This document shows, piece by piece, positions 1 to 14,700 of a DNA stretch of 64,000 nucleotides; position 1 is the first letter of the stretch, and each line of letters opens with the position of its first letter. Made by a program: the position numbers and the translations under genes. Where the stretch lies: positions 128,975,852-129,039,851 of the forward strand of contig NC_068982.1 in the NCBI RefSeq assembly GCF_001194135.2. The letters run 5' to 3'. The notes beneath the pieces are model-generated. The model made no database searches, was not told the DNA's origin, and saw nothing but the letters and a program-made list of their open reading frames with translations. The DNA is from Octopus bimaculoides (taxonomy: Eukaryota).

Positions 1-37
1 CTCTAGGAATTCAACCAATGCACAACCTCAAGCTATA

Positions 38-137
38 TCATCATCATCATCATTATCGTCGTTTAACGTCCGCTTTCCATGCTGGCATGGGTTGGACGGT
101 TTGACTGAGGACTGGCAAGCCAGAAGGCTGTACCAGG
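38..137. mobile_element. SINE-like repeat family A, with a (CAT)n end
   Basis: catcatcgtttaacgtccgctttccatgct...ttggacg...gactgaggactgg recurs at about 18262-18447, 25671-25835 and 55026-55330, and inverted at 25840-25960, 40835-40980 and 58760-58900. Confidence 0.85.
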
Positions 138-1233
138 TAGAATAAAATATATTACTTTAAGAAATTTTGCCTCAAAATTAAGTTTTTAGGCTCGTGATAA
201 ACATACTAATTAAGTTTTAATTATTGATACCAAAATATTAAAAGTGTAAACCAACAGTTTAAATTTAGAAATCACGTTTTATACAATCACACATCCTGAT
301 CTGAATGTAATATAGATTAAGAATTCACTTTCATGCTAAATATTTCAACATGCAAAATATTTTCTACTGAAAATGATTGCAAAGCAGTTTTAAAATTAAT
401 AAAGTATAAATCCTTTTAGTATACTGAATAATCAACATTTAAATTCTTTAAACTACATAAATGCAATACTTACATTATTAGATGGTACATGCATATGGAA
501 TTCTTAGTATATAGCAGTGATAATCAAACTGTTTAGTGGTGTGTTCAAAGAGAAGAGCTAAATCAAAACTTATGAAATATTACATGCAACTTTTCTAAAA
601 TTAATAAGTAATGGTAAATTTTTTCTTTATTTCAATATATAAACATTGAATAAAAATCATGCATTAAAATGTAAATATAAAATTTTTCCTTGGATTTTAT
701 TCAGATTACAATCAAACCAATTCATAAAAAACAAAATGACCATGCAGTTTATAAATCTCACAAAATTTGTTACACACTCAATTATTAAATAATTATATAC
801 TGTATAAAATTAATAATACAAAAATGTTAAAAAAATATGAAAAAATATTAATATTTTTTAATTTGTTTACACCATTAAAAAAATTCAGTGACAGTTTTTT
901 TGCCTTTTTCAAGACCATAGAAGTATATAAAGTGTGAAAACATCAAGGATCAATGTAATAATATAAATATAATACTAAACACCATTACTAAATCAGAATT
1001 GAAAAAGAAAAAGACCATGCAATATATATATATATTATGGTTTATATAATTTATGGTATAATATTTATAGTGCATAAAATATATAAAAGCATATAATTTT
1101 AAAAATACAAAAATAATGCAAATTTCCCATGCAGTTAAAATTTTAATCCTAAAATATAATATTATACAATGAATACTTCATGCTCTGTTTCTAATAAAGT
1201 TATTTTTAAAAGAATTGAAGATATTGTACATAC

Positions 1234-1363
1234 CTTGAACGTAGAATTCAGCAGAACATTCAGCAACACCAGCACTGTTCCTTGCACGACAAGTAATAAG
1301 ACCACTATCTTCAGGAAATGCTTCCCTGATAGACAGTATTGTTGTCTGACCAACTCTCTCAAT
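1234..1363 (-). CDS. Exon, Ig C-half (gene continues beyond window start)
   Basis: Phase 0-1; IERVGQTTILSIREAFPEDSGLITCRARNSAGVAECSAEFYVQ. Confidence 0.95.
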
Positions 1364-4300
1364 CTAAAATATAAGGGAAAAGATTATAATAATATAAAAA
1401 CATGTTCAGTGAGAAATGAGATGTGACTCTTCAAATGATGAAGAAATGAGATAAGCCATTAAATTATATATTCATTTACAATGCAACAAACTCTTTTAAT
1501 GGTTCTAACATTTATTCTTCTGTTCCTGATATGTGGTATGTTAGTTTATACACATGCTTTGTGGCAATAGCAAAATAGTTTGTTTTTTTTAATTTTCAGT
1601 ATGAGATTTTCCCATCCATTAATGTAACTTTTATTACCTTAAAGTCTCTGGTGTTCTTAATCTTTTTACCATTGCGAAGCCAAGTAATTTCTGGATCAGG
1701 TTCTCCTGTAAATACTGCTTCAAAGTATGTTGGATAACCTTCTTCAATAACAATGTTAGAAATTGGTTTAATAAAACTGGGTGGTGAAACTGGAACTTCA
1801 GGAGTCTCTGGTTCTGTTTCACTTTCAAGACCTAAATACAAAACAATCATTAAATTAATTCATTTTATATTTATTTATATTTACATAGAAAAATACTCTT
1901 CTTTCAGAAATATATTTTTTTAAGAATAACATAGGTAAACTTACAAATAAGATGACTCACATTAAAATATTATAATTACATTAAATACTAAATAAAATTT
2001 ATTAGCAGCTGCCCCATAACAACTGTTTGCCTTTTTGTTATTGTATCAAATTAAATAATTTTTGCCAATTATGAATAATATGCTAAAGGATAATTAAGAA
2101 AATCTGTATCAAGCACACATGTATGAAAACTTATGTAAATATCAATTATGTAAATAATTTGACTCAAAATTATTTACATAATTCATATCTATACACACAC
2201 ACAAACACACATTTTAACACTCATGCTGAAACAAAAATGTGTATCAATATAAGTTTGAAAATAACCCACCGATAACATTGAGATAACAAACACAGGAAAT
2301 TTCTCCAGTAACATTTCGTGCCACACATCTATATTGACCTCTGTCTTCGGGAAATGCTTCCAACAGAGTTAGAGTATGGACACCATCAGGAGTAGAAGTC
2401 ATGTTGAAATATTTTGAAGGTTTCACAAGGTGATTATTACAGTACCATGTTACGACCGGAGCTAAAATGTTAAATATGTAAATCAATGTATGTTAAAAAA
2501 TATCAAATATTTTATTATTGGTATTGGAGATTTTAATAAGAGTCCTATTTAAAAAAGAATATCTAGGATGTTTCAATATCTACTTGGATAGAGTATAAAT
2601 AATGAACTTTAACCCTTTCATTGGCATTGTGTTCTTTGTATTAGCTGTTATATGTTTTCCATGCTAATGAGTGCCTGATGGTTTATTACATTTATGTAAT
2701 AAACTACTAAACATGGTACTTCAATTATGGTCAACAACTTTGGGCATGTTTTAATCTTTTTCTGAAATCATCAGCAAAATATTGCCTTTACTATACTTGA
2801 TAAAAGAAGCACTCTGTCGGTTACGATGATGAGGGTCCCAGCTGATACGATCAACAGAACAGCCTGCTCATGAAATTAACGTGCAAGTGACTGAGTAATC
2901 CACAGACACGTGTACCCCTAACATAGTTCTCAGGGAGACTCAGCGTGACACATAGCATGACATGGCTGGCCCTTTGAAATACAGTTACTACTCATTTTTG
3001 CCAGCTGAGTGGACTGGAGCAACGTGAAATAAAGTGTCTTGCTCAAGGAATCGCCGGGAATCGAACTCACAACCTTACGATCGTGAGCCAAATGCCCTAA
3101 CCACTAAGCCATGTGCCTTCACAAAGTTAAAAGAATTATTAAGCAAATGCCTCAGATTTGTCATTTATTGGCAGAAGAAAATAACATTGCTTAAAAATTA
3201 AAAATAGTTCAGAAATAATTTAGAATAAAATAATTTACACATAAAAGAGTTTAGAAAATTAAACATTAGAGTAAATAACTGATTTTAAACATTTTTATGT
3301 TGTATAATATAAATAAATGTTTAGAAATACGTTAGATATAATTTTTTAAAACACTTACGTGGATTAGAGGTAATTTTGCATGAGAAACTAACACTTTCAC
3401 TCTCTGGAACAGTTTTATTTTCTGGCCTTTTCATAATAGTTGGTGGAGTAGCTTTTACTTGTTTGGCCAACTTCAGATGTGCATGTGATTCTTTGGTAAC
3501 ATCTGGTTCTATAAAAAAAAAGCGAAACAAATTAACGATCTCACCTTCATTTCATTTCATTTTTACATTCTATTTTTTATGAACAGAATAACAAAACTAA
3601 CGTTCCATATATGTACATAGAAATATCTAAAAAAAAAATCACCCTGGATCCCATATGTGAAGAAGGGCCAACATTACATGTTTTGATGCACCAAAAACTT
3701 TTCTTCTGAATATGCACAACTTGATTTGGGGTGCATCTGATATGTCTGTGCAGCTTTTATGTCACCAAAACTCTCAACATATATTATCTTTAAATTTTGA
3801 TCAAATTACTTGTAAATTTGCAGCTCAATTTTTCTTTTAAGTTTCCTATTCATAACAAATGTATTTTGTTACAAATACTGACTAAATACTAATTTCTCTT
3901 TTGCATGTCTTTTGTTTTGTTTTTGATCACATTAATAGCATTTTTTCTCTTTTGTGTTTAACTTACATTTTTTCTATAATAACTCATATTCATAGAGATC
4001 ATCTGAAGAAATATTTATCTTCAATTCCCAAAATGAATTGCTTTGAATATAGATGAGCACAACTGGCATTAACCTTATGTTGAATTTTTAAAGGTTTTTA
4101 ATCATGTTATCTCGATGATGAGCAAACAATACTGCATAGAATAAACCTGTTATTGTTAATATCCTTGAAACAAAAAATGTTTACATACCATCAACAATCA
4201 GTTTAGCAGTACATGTTGACTTTCCATTTGTGTTAATGCTAACACAAGCATAAGTTCCAGCATCTTCAGGCTGAACTTCAAAAATAAGGAGAGTGTAGTG

Positions 4301-7300
4301 GTTTTCTTCATGAATGAATTTCCACCGTGGACTTTCAGGCATATTTTTGCCATCCTAGAGAAAAGAATGCAAAAAGTTACAATTGACACCAACTCCAGCA
4401 ATATTACATATATTACATTAAAAAAATTAGTTAAATGAAAGTAAACATACCTTTTGCCAGTGAACTTTGGGCTTAGGTTTCCCAATAACTTCACAATCAA
4501 AGGTTGCAGGTTCTCCAACAACAACTTTGGTATCACGAAGTAAGTTACGAAATTCAGGAGAAGTTTCTTTTGCAGCTTCTTCTTCTTCTGTTGAACCAAA
4601 ATAATATATGATTTGAAATTAACATAACCTATATTTATTGCAGTATTTGTAACATTCTACTTTAAATTGTCAAAACATTTTCAGTATAAACTACGACAAA
4701 TATTGAAAATTTATAATATACTTCTAGCAATTACATATGTATTTCCTTTTTGTCATTAACAATGATATTTTTAACACGACTCAGTTTGTTAAACTGTTAT
4801 TTCATAATCTAATTTTTTTGTTTCTAGAATTTAAATTTACCAAATTATTGTCCACCTTACCCATTTTCTGGCAAGCCTATTCTATGTTCATTTCCTGCCA
4901 CCCACCTATCAATGTCTGCAATTTTAATCTCATCACATCTAATGTGTATAACAAATCATGTTTTATTTCACTTCATTTTAGATCCAAATTGCTTATCTTA
5001 CTTCTTAATATATGAATCATAAATATATGAAAAAAAAATAGTTCTTTAACTTCAGTTGGACTAGAGTACCCTAAAATGTTACCATCGTATGGTTACTGGT
5101 TTGTGAAAGTCACTTCTACAAACACCAGCAATTTGATTTACATTATTAGAGAATAAATACATACATATGTTGTTTCCTTATACATTATTAGTTATTTTAT
5201 TGCAAGTAGTAGAAATACTAAACTCACCCATAACAGTCATCTTTGCTTTGCATTGTGTCATGCCATATTTATTATAGGCTTTAACTGTGTACATTCCTGA
5301 GTCTTCTGGGAATACTTCAGAAATATGTAAAGTACTGCAAGTCTCAGTAACTCGAATCTGGGCAAATTAAAAATTGGATAAAATGATAAATTATCCAGTA
5401 ATTCATAATATGAATAAAAGAAAAAATATTTTAAAAGAATTTAATAATAATCAATTTCATACAATTAATTAAAAAACACAATAACGTAAAAAGTAGGAGA
5501 TTTCTCTAATGATAATAAAATTCATCATTGTACTCACCTGGAAATCCCATGAATTGTGAATTTCAATGCTATCTCTGTACCAGGTAATAATAGGAGGTGG
5601 ATTACTAGTGAAATGCACTTTGAGTCTGTAATATGAGAAAATATGAATAGAAATTTAAGCTCAAGATTCGTAAGGATTTTTACAGTTTCTATAAAAACAC
5701 ATTTTTTAAATAAAAAAAAAATTATGATTTAATCAATGTTATTGATCACTAAAATTATCACTTAATAACTACTGGCTCACTGTCAGTTATGACAATGAGT
5801 GTTGCAGATGATCTGATCAGTGCATCAACCTGCTTGTGAAATTGACATGTAAGTGGTTGAATACTCCACAGATATGCATACCTTAACACAGAATACAAGG
5901 CTGGACCTCTGAACTACAGGTCCAACTCATTTTTGCCAGCTAAGTGGACTGGAGCAATATACTATAACCCCAGGCCTACCAATGCCTTGTGAGTGATTTG
6001 GTAAACAGAAACTGTTTGGAAGTCTGTTGTATATTTATGTGTTTGCCTTCACAACTGTTTGATGATTGGTACTGGTACTGGTTTGTTTACATTCCCATAA
6101 GTTCAGTAAAACAGACCAATAGAATAAGTTTGAGGCTTAAAAAAATAAGTGCAGAGGTTGATTTGTTCCACTAAAAATAATCTTTTCTACTTTGGGTACA
6201 AAGCCCAAAATTTGGTGGGAGAGGCAAGTCATTTACATTAAACCCAGTACCTGACCCAGTACTGATTTCATCAACCCCAAAAGGATAAATGGCTAAGTCA
6301 GCTTTGGAGAAATTTGAACTCAGAATGTACAGCCAGAAAAAATATTACTAAGCATTTTGTCTGATATGCTAACAATTTTGCCAGCTCAAAATTAGTAAAA
6401 ACGTAGATTTATTCTTTATTTTCTACTTACGTTACAGAAGTACCCTCCAGAACTTTGACTGGGCAAAGTGGAATACCAAAAACAGGAGGCTCTTGTTTGA
6501 CTGGTTGTTTAAATGTTATTGTTTGAGTGGATGTCTTTTGTATCCTCTCATATTGTTCATCTATAAGTTGCTGTCTCAATGCATCTTGAGCAAGAAGCTT
6601 CTGCAAGTTAGCATCAGTTGTGTCTTTTCGGAAAGTGGTCTCTGTTTTTTCAAATATTGAATAAATATTTTATTAATGAAATAATTTTTAGCATGGATAA
6701 AAATTAAGGTTCTCTGTAAATTCAGTAATAATGACAAACTGTCATTTTTGAGTTATAGATTGAGGAAAAAGCATATCATGAAACTAAATTACTGTATTTA
6801 CTCATATATAAGTTGCACCCATGTATGAATGGTACCCTATATTTAGTTATGCAACCATAATATACTATAAAGTATAATGAAATACTGTGTACCTACAAGT
6901 CATTAGCCTATATTTAGTGTTAAATCTTGGTACAAAATTTTTCTCTTCATAGTTTTAGCTTTGCACTGAGTATAAGTTAAACTCCAGTTTTTTCAGTTAA
7001 AATCAAGTTCATACATCTATAAAATGAAATGGCTGCTGAAGAGGGTGGAAACATTAAATTGCTACACTAAAGCTTGCAATAGTTGATTCTGTCCCCAACC
7101 TTACCCATTTCAGGACCCAAATTCTACCAGGTTTGTAATTATTTGCCAGCTCTTGAACTTTGATAAAATAATAAGAGTAAAATTCTTAAATTATAAAATT
7201 ATCTTTACAAAACTGAATTTTTGTCAACAGAAAAATTATAATTTATTATTTTAGCAACAGCCATTCCATAAAAAGTAGCTGATCACATAAAAAAATACAT

Positions 7301-10300
7301 GAAAAATATATTTCTATTACATACCATGCTTGAGCATTCCCAACTCGAAAGATGCCAATGAACTCTTCATCTGAGCCATTTTAAGTTCAGCACTGCGAAG
7401 TTCCACTCTCTTTCGGCGTTCCAGTTCAATCTGGAGATCGCCTGAAAAGATAGTTATAACATAACATATTAATTTCTCAAATTAGCTTTTATATAGATAT
7501 AAAGAGAATTTAAAATAATAAAAAAAGACAACAATCATCATCATTTTGACATCCACTTCTTCCATAGTTGCATGTGTCACAGAATTTGTTGAAATAGATA
7601 TCTTATGACTGAAATCCTTTCCTGTCACCAACTCTCACCTGTTTCTAAGTAAGGTAATATTTCCCCATGGCTGGATATGTTTCCATTGAAGGTTGGAAAC
7701 AAGGGACACCACATGTATGAGAGTGATGCTCGTTTATATAAATACATACATACATATATATATTTATATATATATTGGCCTGCCCTCCTAACCAGAAGAA
7801 TGTCATCAATTAAAAGCTACAACAATGTGAGGAAGTACACTGTAACCAGTACTATATAGTAACATCACATAATCTGGTTGATACAGTGATAAAATGCTAT
7901 GTATACACAATGGGCTTCTTTCAGTTTCCCTCTACGAAACCTAATCACAAGATTTTGGTCAGCCTGGGACTATAGCAAAAGGCTCTTGCCTAAGGTGTTA
8001 CACAGTGGGACTGAACCCAAGCCACATAGTTGAAAAAAACAAACTTTGTAATTACTCAACCATATCCATGCCTATGCTATACTTTAATACTTGCATATTT
8101 AATTTAACTACAATTTTTGTTTCTAAATTAATAATAATAATTAATAACATGAAAGAGCATCAACAACTGCATTTTATATTTCTATATTTCCAACCATCTG
8201 TTTAGTCACTACATATATAACATGATAAATTAAGGTAGTATACACAAATGATGAAAGAAAGAAATTCAGGTTAGCATTGTTAATTTTGTAAATAATAATT
8301 ATTGTGAGCCTAAGCTAGCAATGTTTAACATACATAACATAAAAGATAAGCCATCAAAGTTGTATTCTAAGAATTGTAGTCAGTTTCAATAGATCACAAG
8401 CAGAAAATAGTCAGCAAAAGAAATTTCTTATAATCAAATCAAATTTTTTAAAAGCGAAAAGTATTTTTTTAAACAAATGAGATTTATAACATAAGTGATA
8501 TTTTACTTTCCCTTATAATGAAAAATACACAAGTTGTAAGAAATAGTATTGGATAAAGATGAAACAAGACAATTACTTTTAGGAGCATGTCGCAAATGTG
8601 AACGCCAATCCTCCTTTGGAATTACTTTAAGTGTAGTAATACATTCAGCTTCACCTTGTTGATTTTTGGCTAAAACTCTTATTTGGCCAGCATCATATTC
8701 CCTCACACGAGGAATTTCAAGATAATGTATCACACCATCATATCTTACTTTAAATCTGCTTCCCTGAAAGAAAGAAAATGGTTATAAAAATAATTGCTTC
8801 AATTGTAGAAATGTTATAAATAGGAAGTTAATTTTCTTTATAGACATTATAAGAAAACATAATTCAACTTTTATTATTATTATGATCAACACTTACTCCT
8901 GCAACAAGGCTTCCATTTATCCACCAAGTAACTCTTGGTCGGGGATAACCACTAACATTAACAATAAATTTAGCAGTTTCTCCTTCATCAATTTCAACCG
9001 GTTCTGGTTTAATTTCAATAATGGGTGGTGCAGGTTCTGATGGAATATCTGCATCTTCAGCATAGTTTCCAACCATAAGAGAACTACAAATAAAAATATT
9101 TTATTGGTAATGAAAGTGAAAATCATATTTAAAAAGCAGCAAATTCTTGTCTTGTTATAATCAGAGAGTGATGTTCTGCCAATAAAACACACTTGGTGTT
9201 GCTAAAGTTCAATTCTTTATTAATTACTTGATTGAATGATAATTAAGTTGCTGAATTCACATTGAAGAAAATATTGTTTCCTGTGAATGGTTTGTATATT
9301 TCTGAAGATAAAATTAAGATTCTAGCCTAAATGCACACATGCACAAAGATACTGATATAAGTTATAAATATGGAATCATATGGAAAGAATTCTTAATATT
9401 TATATCAAATGTACATTCTCTTTAAAATTTAGACTAAAAGATATAAAAGAAAAATATTAAATATATAAATGACAATGACATTTTTACATCAACAGTTTTT
9501 TGATTAAAAAGAAATAGGAGTTAATATTGATTTTATATTAACTCATAACAGAAACTTACATATTTTTGTAACTCTCCAACTGACGTAAACGGGCAATTGC
9601 TTCTTGGCCTTCAGGAAGTTGAGTTCCAATAATAATAGATGTTTTGTCTACAAAATCATAATAGAAATTTATAGTACATATACCAAGTATTGGTTTTAAA
9701 TTTGTGTACACTTACAAGAAGTGCATATTAATTTACATAACAATTAAAAAATATTAATTATATTTTATATCTTCATAAATTATTAAATGAATTATAAAAT
9801 AAATAAATTTCTTAGTACTTTTAAAGAAAATCATAGTGCTAACAAAAGCTCACATAAATCTTTCTGCTATTTACTTACGTTATAAATTTTAGTTGGATGT
9901 TTTAACAAAAAATTTCAGAATATAGATTTGTACATAATGATACATACTTAGACAAACAACTTCTGCATTTATTGTTGCTTCACCATATGCATTTGTAGCT
10001 TTTATAGAATAAATGCCTGAATCCTCTGGGATGGTGAAAAGAAGATCAAGCACAACATAGCCAAATTCATATACTGGTCTGTAACGATGACCTGCAAGAT
10101 TTTAAAAGAAAAGCATTAATTAGTCATGGAAAAATATAACATCAAAATAAAATAATTTTCATTTTTAAAGCCATTGCATAAAATGATATGAGTTCAGGTT
10201 AGCTCGACATCTATCAGCATAAAATAGTAATAAATATTGAAGAGTCAGAGGAGAATAAGTAAATAAAGTGAAGCTGAGGATGAAAACAAGTTGCTTAAAT

Positions 10301-11712
10301 TTACTAACCAACACAAAGGAATGACCGAAAATAAAAGCTAGAAATCTTAAGTGATTGCAATTTCTTATTGTAAGAAGTCACTTTAAATATTTCTTTATCC
10401 TATAATAAAAAGTTATTTCAGCAAAACTTGAGATAAATTCATGAGTGATCTATTTAAAGGATTTGACTTAATTCAAAGAAAAACTAATACTTTCAGGGTT
10501 ATATGCTCATTTATATTCATGAGCACATGCAGGTATACATGTACATGCACACACACACACACGCACACACGCACACACACACACACACACACACAAACTT
10601 ATATGCACACATATGTTATCACATATATATACAGAAAATATTCTCATACATTTGTGTGCATACAAATGCACACACATGTCATACAGTTTCAGATAAGGTA
10701 AGGTAAAAATATAAAGGAAATACCATAAGGTAAAGGTTGTCCATTCCTTAACCATTCCACTTTCATTGTGGGATCATTAATAGGAGTCAGCAGACATTCC
10801 AAATGTGTGCGGTCATATTCAGCAACTTCAACATCTTTCAGTTGAGTTCTGAAAACAGGCCTCTTTTTCTTGCTTTTATTGTATATAATTTCAGTTGGAT
10901 GTACACTGCGTCGGCGTATGTGAGATTCTTGTTTCATTTTCTGTAATTGTCTAAAATTTAAAAAAAGGAGAAAAATATAGTCAACCTTTCTATTCCAACA
11001 TAGGTAAACTAAGACATATCAAACTTAATAAGATTGACATTATGCAGAATATTAACCTAGTCTTTCAAGATGCATTAGTGGCCTTGTAGATAAGAATATT
11101 ATTACCATTTGTTCATACACAGAAGTTCCTAGCTCGTTCAAATCTACTCAAGTACTTTGAACACATCCAAGATCATAATCCTGATTAAAGATCAGACCAA
11201 TGGAAATGCAGTGTAAATTTAGATATCAGAAAAATTTTCAAATTTAATGATGAAGTTAATAGTACAAAAACTTTTAATTTTATTAATATTTCCTCTTAGA
11301 TATTTAGATATTCATAAACTTGAAGATATTAAAAAAATTACTTACATCTCAGCTTCCATCTTGAAAAGATCATCATGTGATACTCTGAAATTTTTTTAAA
11401 AGTTCATATATTAATATTTAGAAACAATGACAATAATTAATTTGAGAAAATTCATATATAGAATATGTAAAGTATGCATTGCATATTTTAAATATTGTAG
11501 TAGTTAGAGAATATAAATGTAGAATTCCAAATATATGAATTCAGGTTCAGTCAGGAGAAAAATGTTGAACTTTTTCTTTGTAGTTAGAATATATTCTTGG
11601 ACATACTTTAATCAGTCAAACTTAAAAACTTGTATTCAACAGTTATTGAGTGTCTAACATTAGGAATAGTTCCTTTCAAGTGTAAAAACAGCACCTCTAT
11701 AAAATTAATTCA

Positions 11713-11783
<71 letters not shown>

Positions 11784-14700
11784 GGCAGCAAAATAGCAGA
11801 ATCATTAGCATGCTGGGCAAAATGCTTACTGGCATTTCATCTATCTTTATTTTCTCATTTCAAATTCTGCCAGGGTCAACTTTGCCTTTCATCCTTTTGG
11901 GGTCGATAAATTAAGTACGAGTGAAACACTGGGGTCAATGTAATCGACTAGTCCCCTCCCCTAAAATTTCAGGCCTTGTGCCTTTAGTAGAAAGGATTAT
12001 TATTATTATCTCTTTATCACAGGTTTTGTTGGAGCTTCTAGAGTCTTACATGCATAGTGGGCTTGCTACCTGCAGCCTACGGTATCATGCTATCCATTCT
12101 TTTCAGCTATCTAATACTTTTATGATTATTCTGGCCATGCCAAGGAGGCAAAACTCTTGTAGCTGTTCTACTGGGCACTCTATTCCAATTTACATTGTAT
12201 TTCCCTTGATGTCTTCTGATACTGTTCTCAAGAACCTAACAATAATTGGCACTATCTTCACCTTCTTCATTTTCCATAGCCGGCCTACTTCATACTTAAG
12301 AGGGTTGTATCTATCTATTTATCTTTTCACCTTCCTTCATGACTATTCGTGGGTCAAAGAGGCATGCAGCATCAAGTATATAACATATGTGGCACATCTT
12401 GTCCACCACCACTAGGTCCAGTCTGTTATGCTCTAGCACCTGATCTGTTTGGATTGGGAAATCCCAGAGGATTTTGCCAATTTCTGACAGAATAGTTTTA
12501 ATGTCATTTTAATTTTTAGGTGTTGTTTGGATGGAACCAAAATGGGGGAATCATAATAGTCAACTTTTGTAAGTGCAATGGATATTTTTTTTACTGAATT
12601 TGTTTCTATTGAATGCTACATATACATTATTATAAGTTTAATCAGCTGTTTCGAATAAGAATTTCTTAACTAGATATAAAGCTTTTAAAAACCATACATA
12701 TGCACATGACAAAAATTCAAACTCACAGATCTAACATGCAAAACAAGATTAGAAAAGTCAGTAGCTCTTAAACAGATATGGAAATGAAGTGGATACAATT
12801 AGAAAACAATGCATAAAAATTATCTGTTAATATTCAAGGTAGCCTTATCACATAGAGTAAAATCCTACTTGTTGGTCTTTAGTTATTTCTTAAGCCTACA
12901 CCATTCAAAATAACCATGCAGTCAGTACTGTCAAAAGACTAACAGCAAAATAATGTCTATTGAAATACTGATGAAAATATTAAAAATATATTAATAAATG
13001 TATTAGATTTCAATTCATAAGTGTAATAATTTCATTTTATTCCTATACTGGCAGAGGTTGGATATAGCATCCATTTGTGTGCTTTAATCTTGTCTTGGTT
13101 CATAATATATTGTTCAAATGCATAGATCTGATCCAATTCATCACAACCTCTTTGACTTCTATATACCACAGTAAGTTACCATCAACTCAACAATCTTTTA
13201 GGCATCACTCATTTAAATTACATAGTAATGTATTCAACTCAGCAGCATAAATTATGTCAATCTTCATTACAAGTTCACATCGCACCTCCAAAGGACCATA
13301 CACCAACTTAATCTTCTCTGTCTAATGCCTTTTTTATGTTGCATTCCATACTAAATATTGGACTCATAGAACACCCAAGTAGTCCATAATTGTGCATACT
13401 GTTGTTTATTCAAATTCACATGATGTACCTATCAATTTATCTGAAATCTTGCTGCATCTTTTGTACATATATTGCTTGCACATATTTACACAACATATAA
13501 CTGCTATCTAAATGTATTCTATTTTGTCCAGCAAGGCCAGTTTTCATATTATTGCCCAGTAACATTATTATGTTCACTTTTATGTTTTTGGCTCAAACCA
13601 CTTGTTCAGATTTTAAACTTCTTCCAAAGACTTTGAATTCATTATGCAATAAACAACTATTTCTAAACTTCCTTGTGATGGCTTTAATGACTTGAACAAA
13701 GGAAATATGGCTAACAACAAAATGTAAGTAAACACCTAAGTAATCATTAAATCCTTTACTTAAATTTCATAGCGGTCTTAATACCTCTCATGAACCATTC
13801 ATCTATATCTAGTAATGTGCATAGCTATTCACTCACAAGTGAGTATGACTTAATAATTGTTTCTAATTGTGAGCAGACAGAGACACCTCTTCTGCCCCTC
13901 CACCCTTGACCCAATGGAACATTAAGAATGTGACAGCTGGAAAGAGAGTGCTGTCCCAGTGCTTGACTTGTACACAATTTCAACTGAGGAAAGTGGAGTA
14001 ATGTAAAACAAAATGGATCATGATTCCAGACCAGTAATGAAACTCTTGACCTTCAGACTTTCAGACTAAATTAATTCATGCCCATAACAAGTAATATGAG
14101 GCCACAAAATGATAGTTTTTTTTTTTACTGCGGATGTATTTAAATTTATACTTAAAAAAAAGCAACATTCAAAAGAGTTGAATTAGCTGTATTAATGGAA
14201 AGTATTAGTTTTTTCACAAAATAATGTGTGAGTGTATATATACATATGTATATACGTATATACGGTGGCACTCCATCAGTTACGACGATGAGGGTTCCAG
14301 TTGATCCGATCAACAGACCAGCCTGCTCATGAAATTAACGTGTAAGTAGCTGAGCACTCCACAGACACGTGTACCCTTAATGTAGTTCTCAGAGAGATTC
14401 AGCATGACACAGTGTGACAAGGCTGGCCCTTTGAAATACAGGTACAACAGAAACAGGAAGAGTGAGAGAAAGTTGTGGTGAAAGAGTAAACCACCCCCAC
14501 CCCACTGCCACAGCCTCATGGAGCTTTAGGTGTTTTCACTCAATAAACACTCACAGCGCCTGGTCTGGAAATCAAAACCATGATCCCACGACCACAAGTC
14601 CACAGANNNNNNNNNNNNNNNNNNNNNNNNNNNNNNNNNNNNNNNNNNNNNNNNNNNNNNNNNNNNNNNNNNNNNNNNNNNNNNNNNNNNNNNNNNNNNN

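Noticed and set aside
3040-3122. tRNA-like sequences at SINE heads
   Set aside because: They are degenerate, attached to SINE bodies and multi-copy, so they are not tRNA genes.
11630-11914. Poly-Leu ORF and similar HT/YI/VC-repeat ORFs (10441-10755, 24996-25215, 41412-41667)
   Set aside because: These are translations of microsatellites and SINEs.
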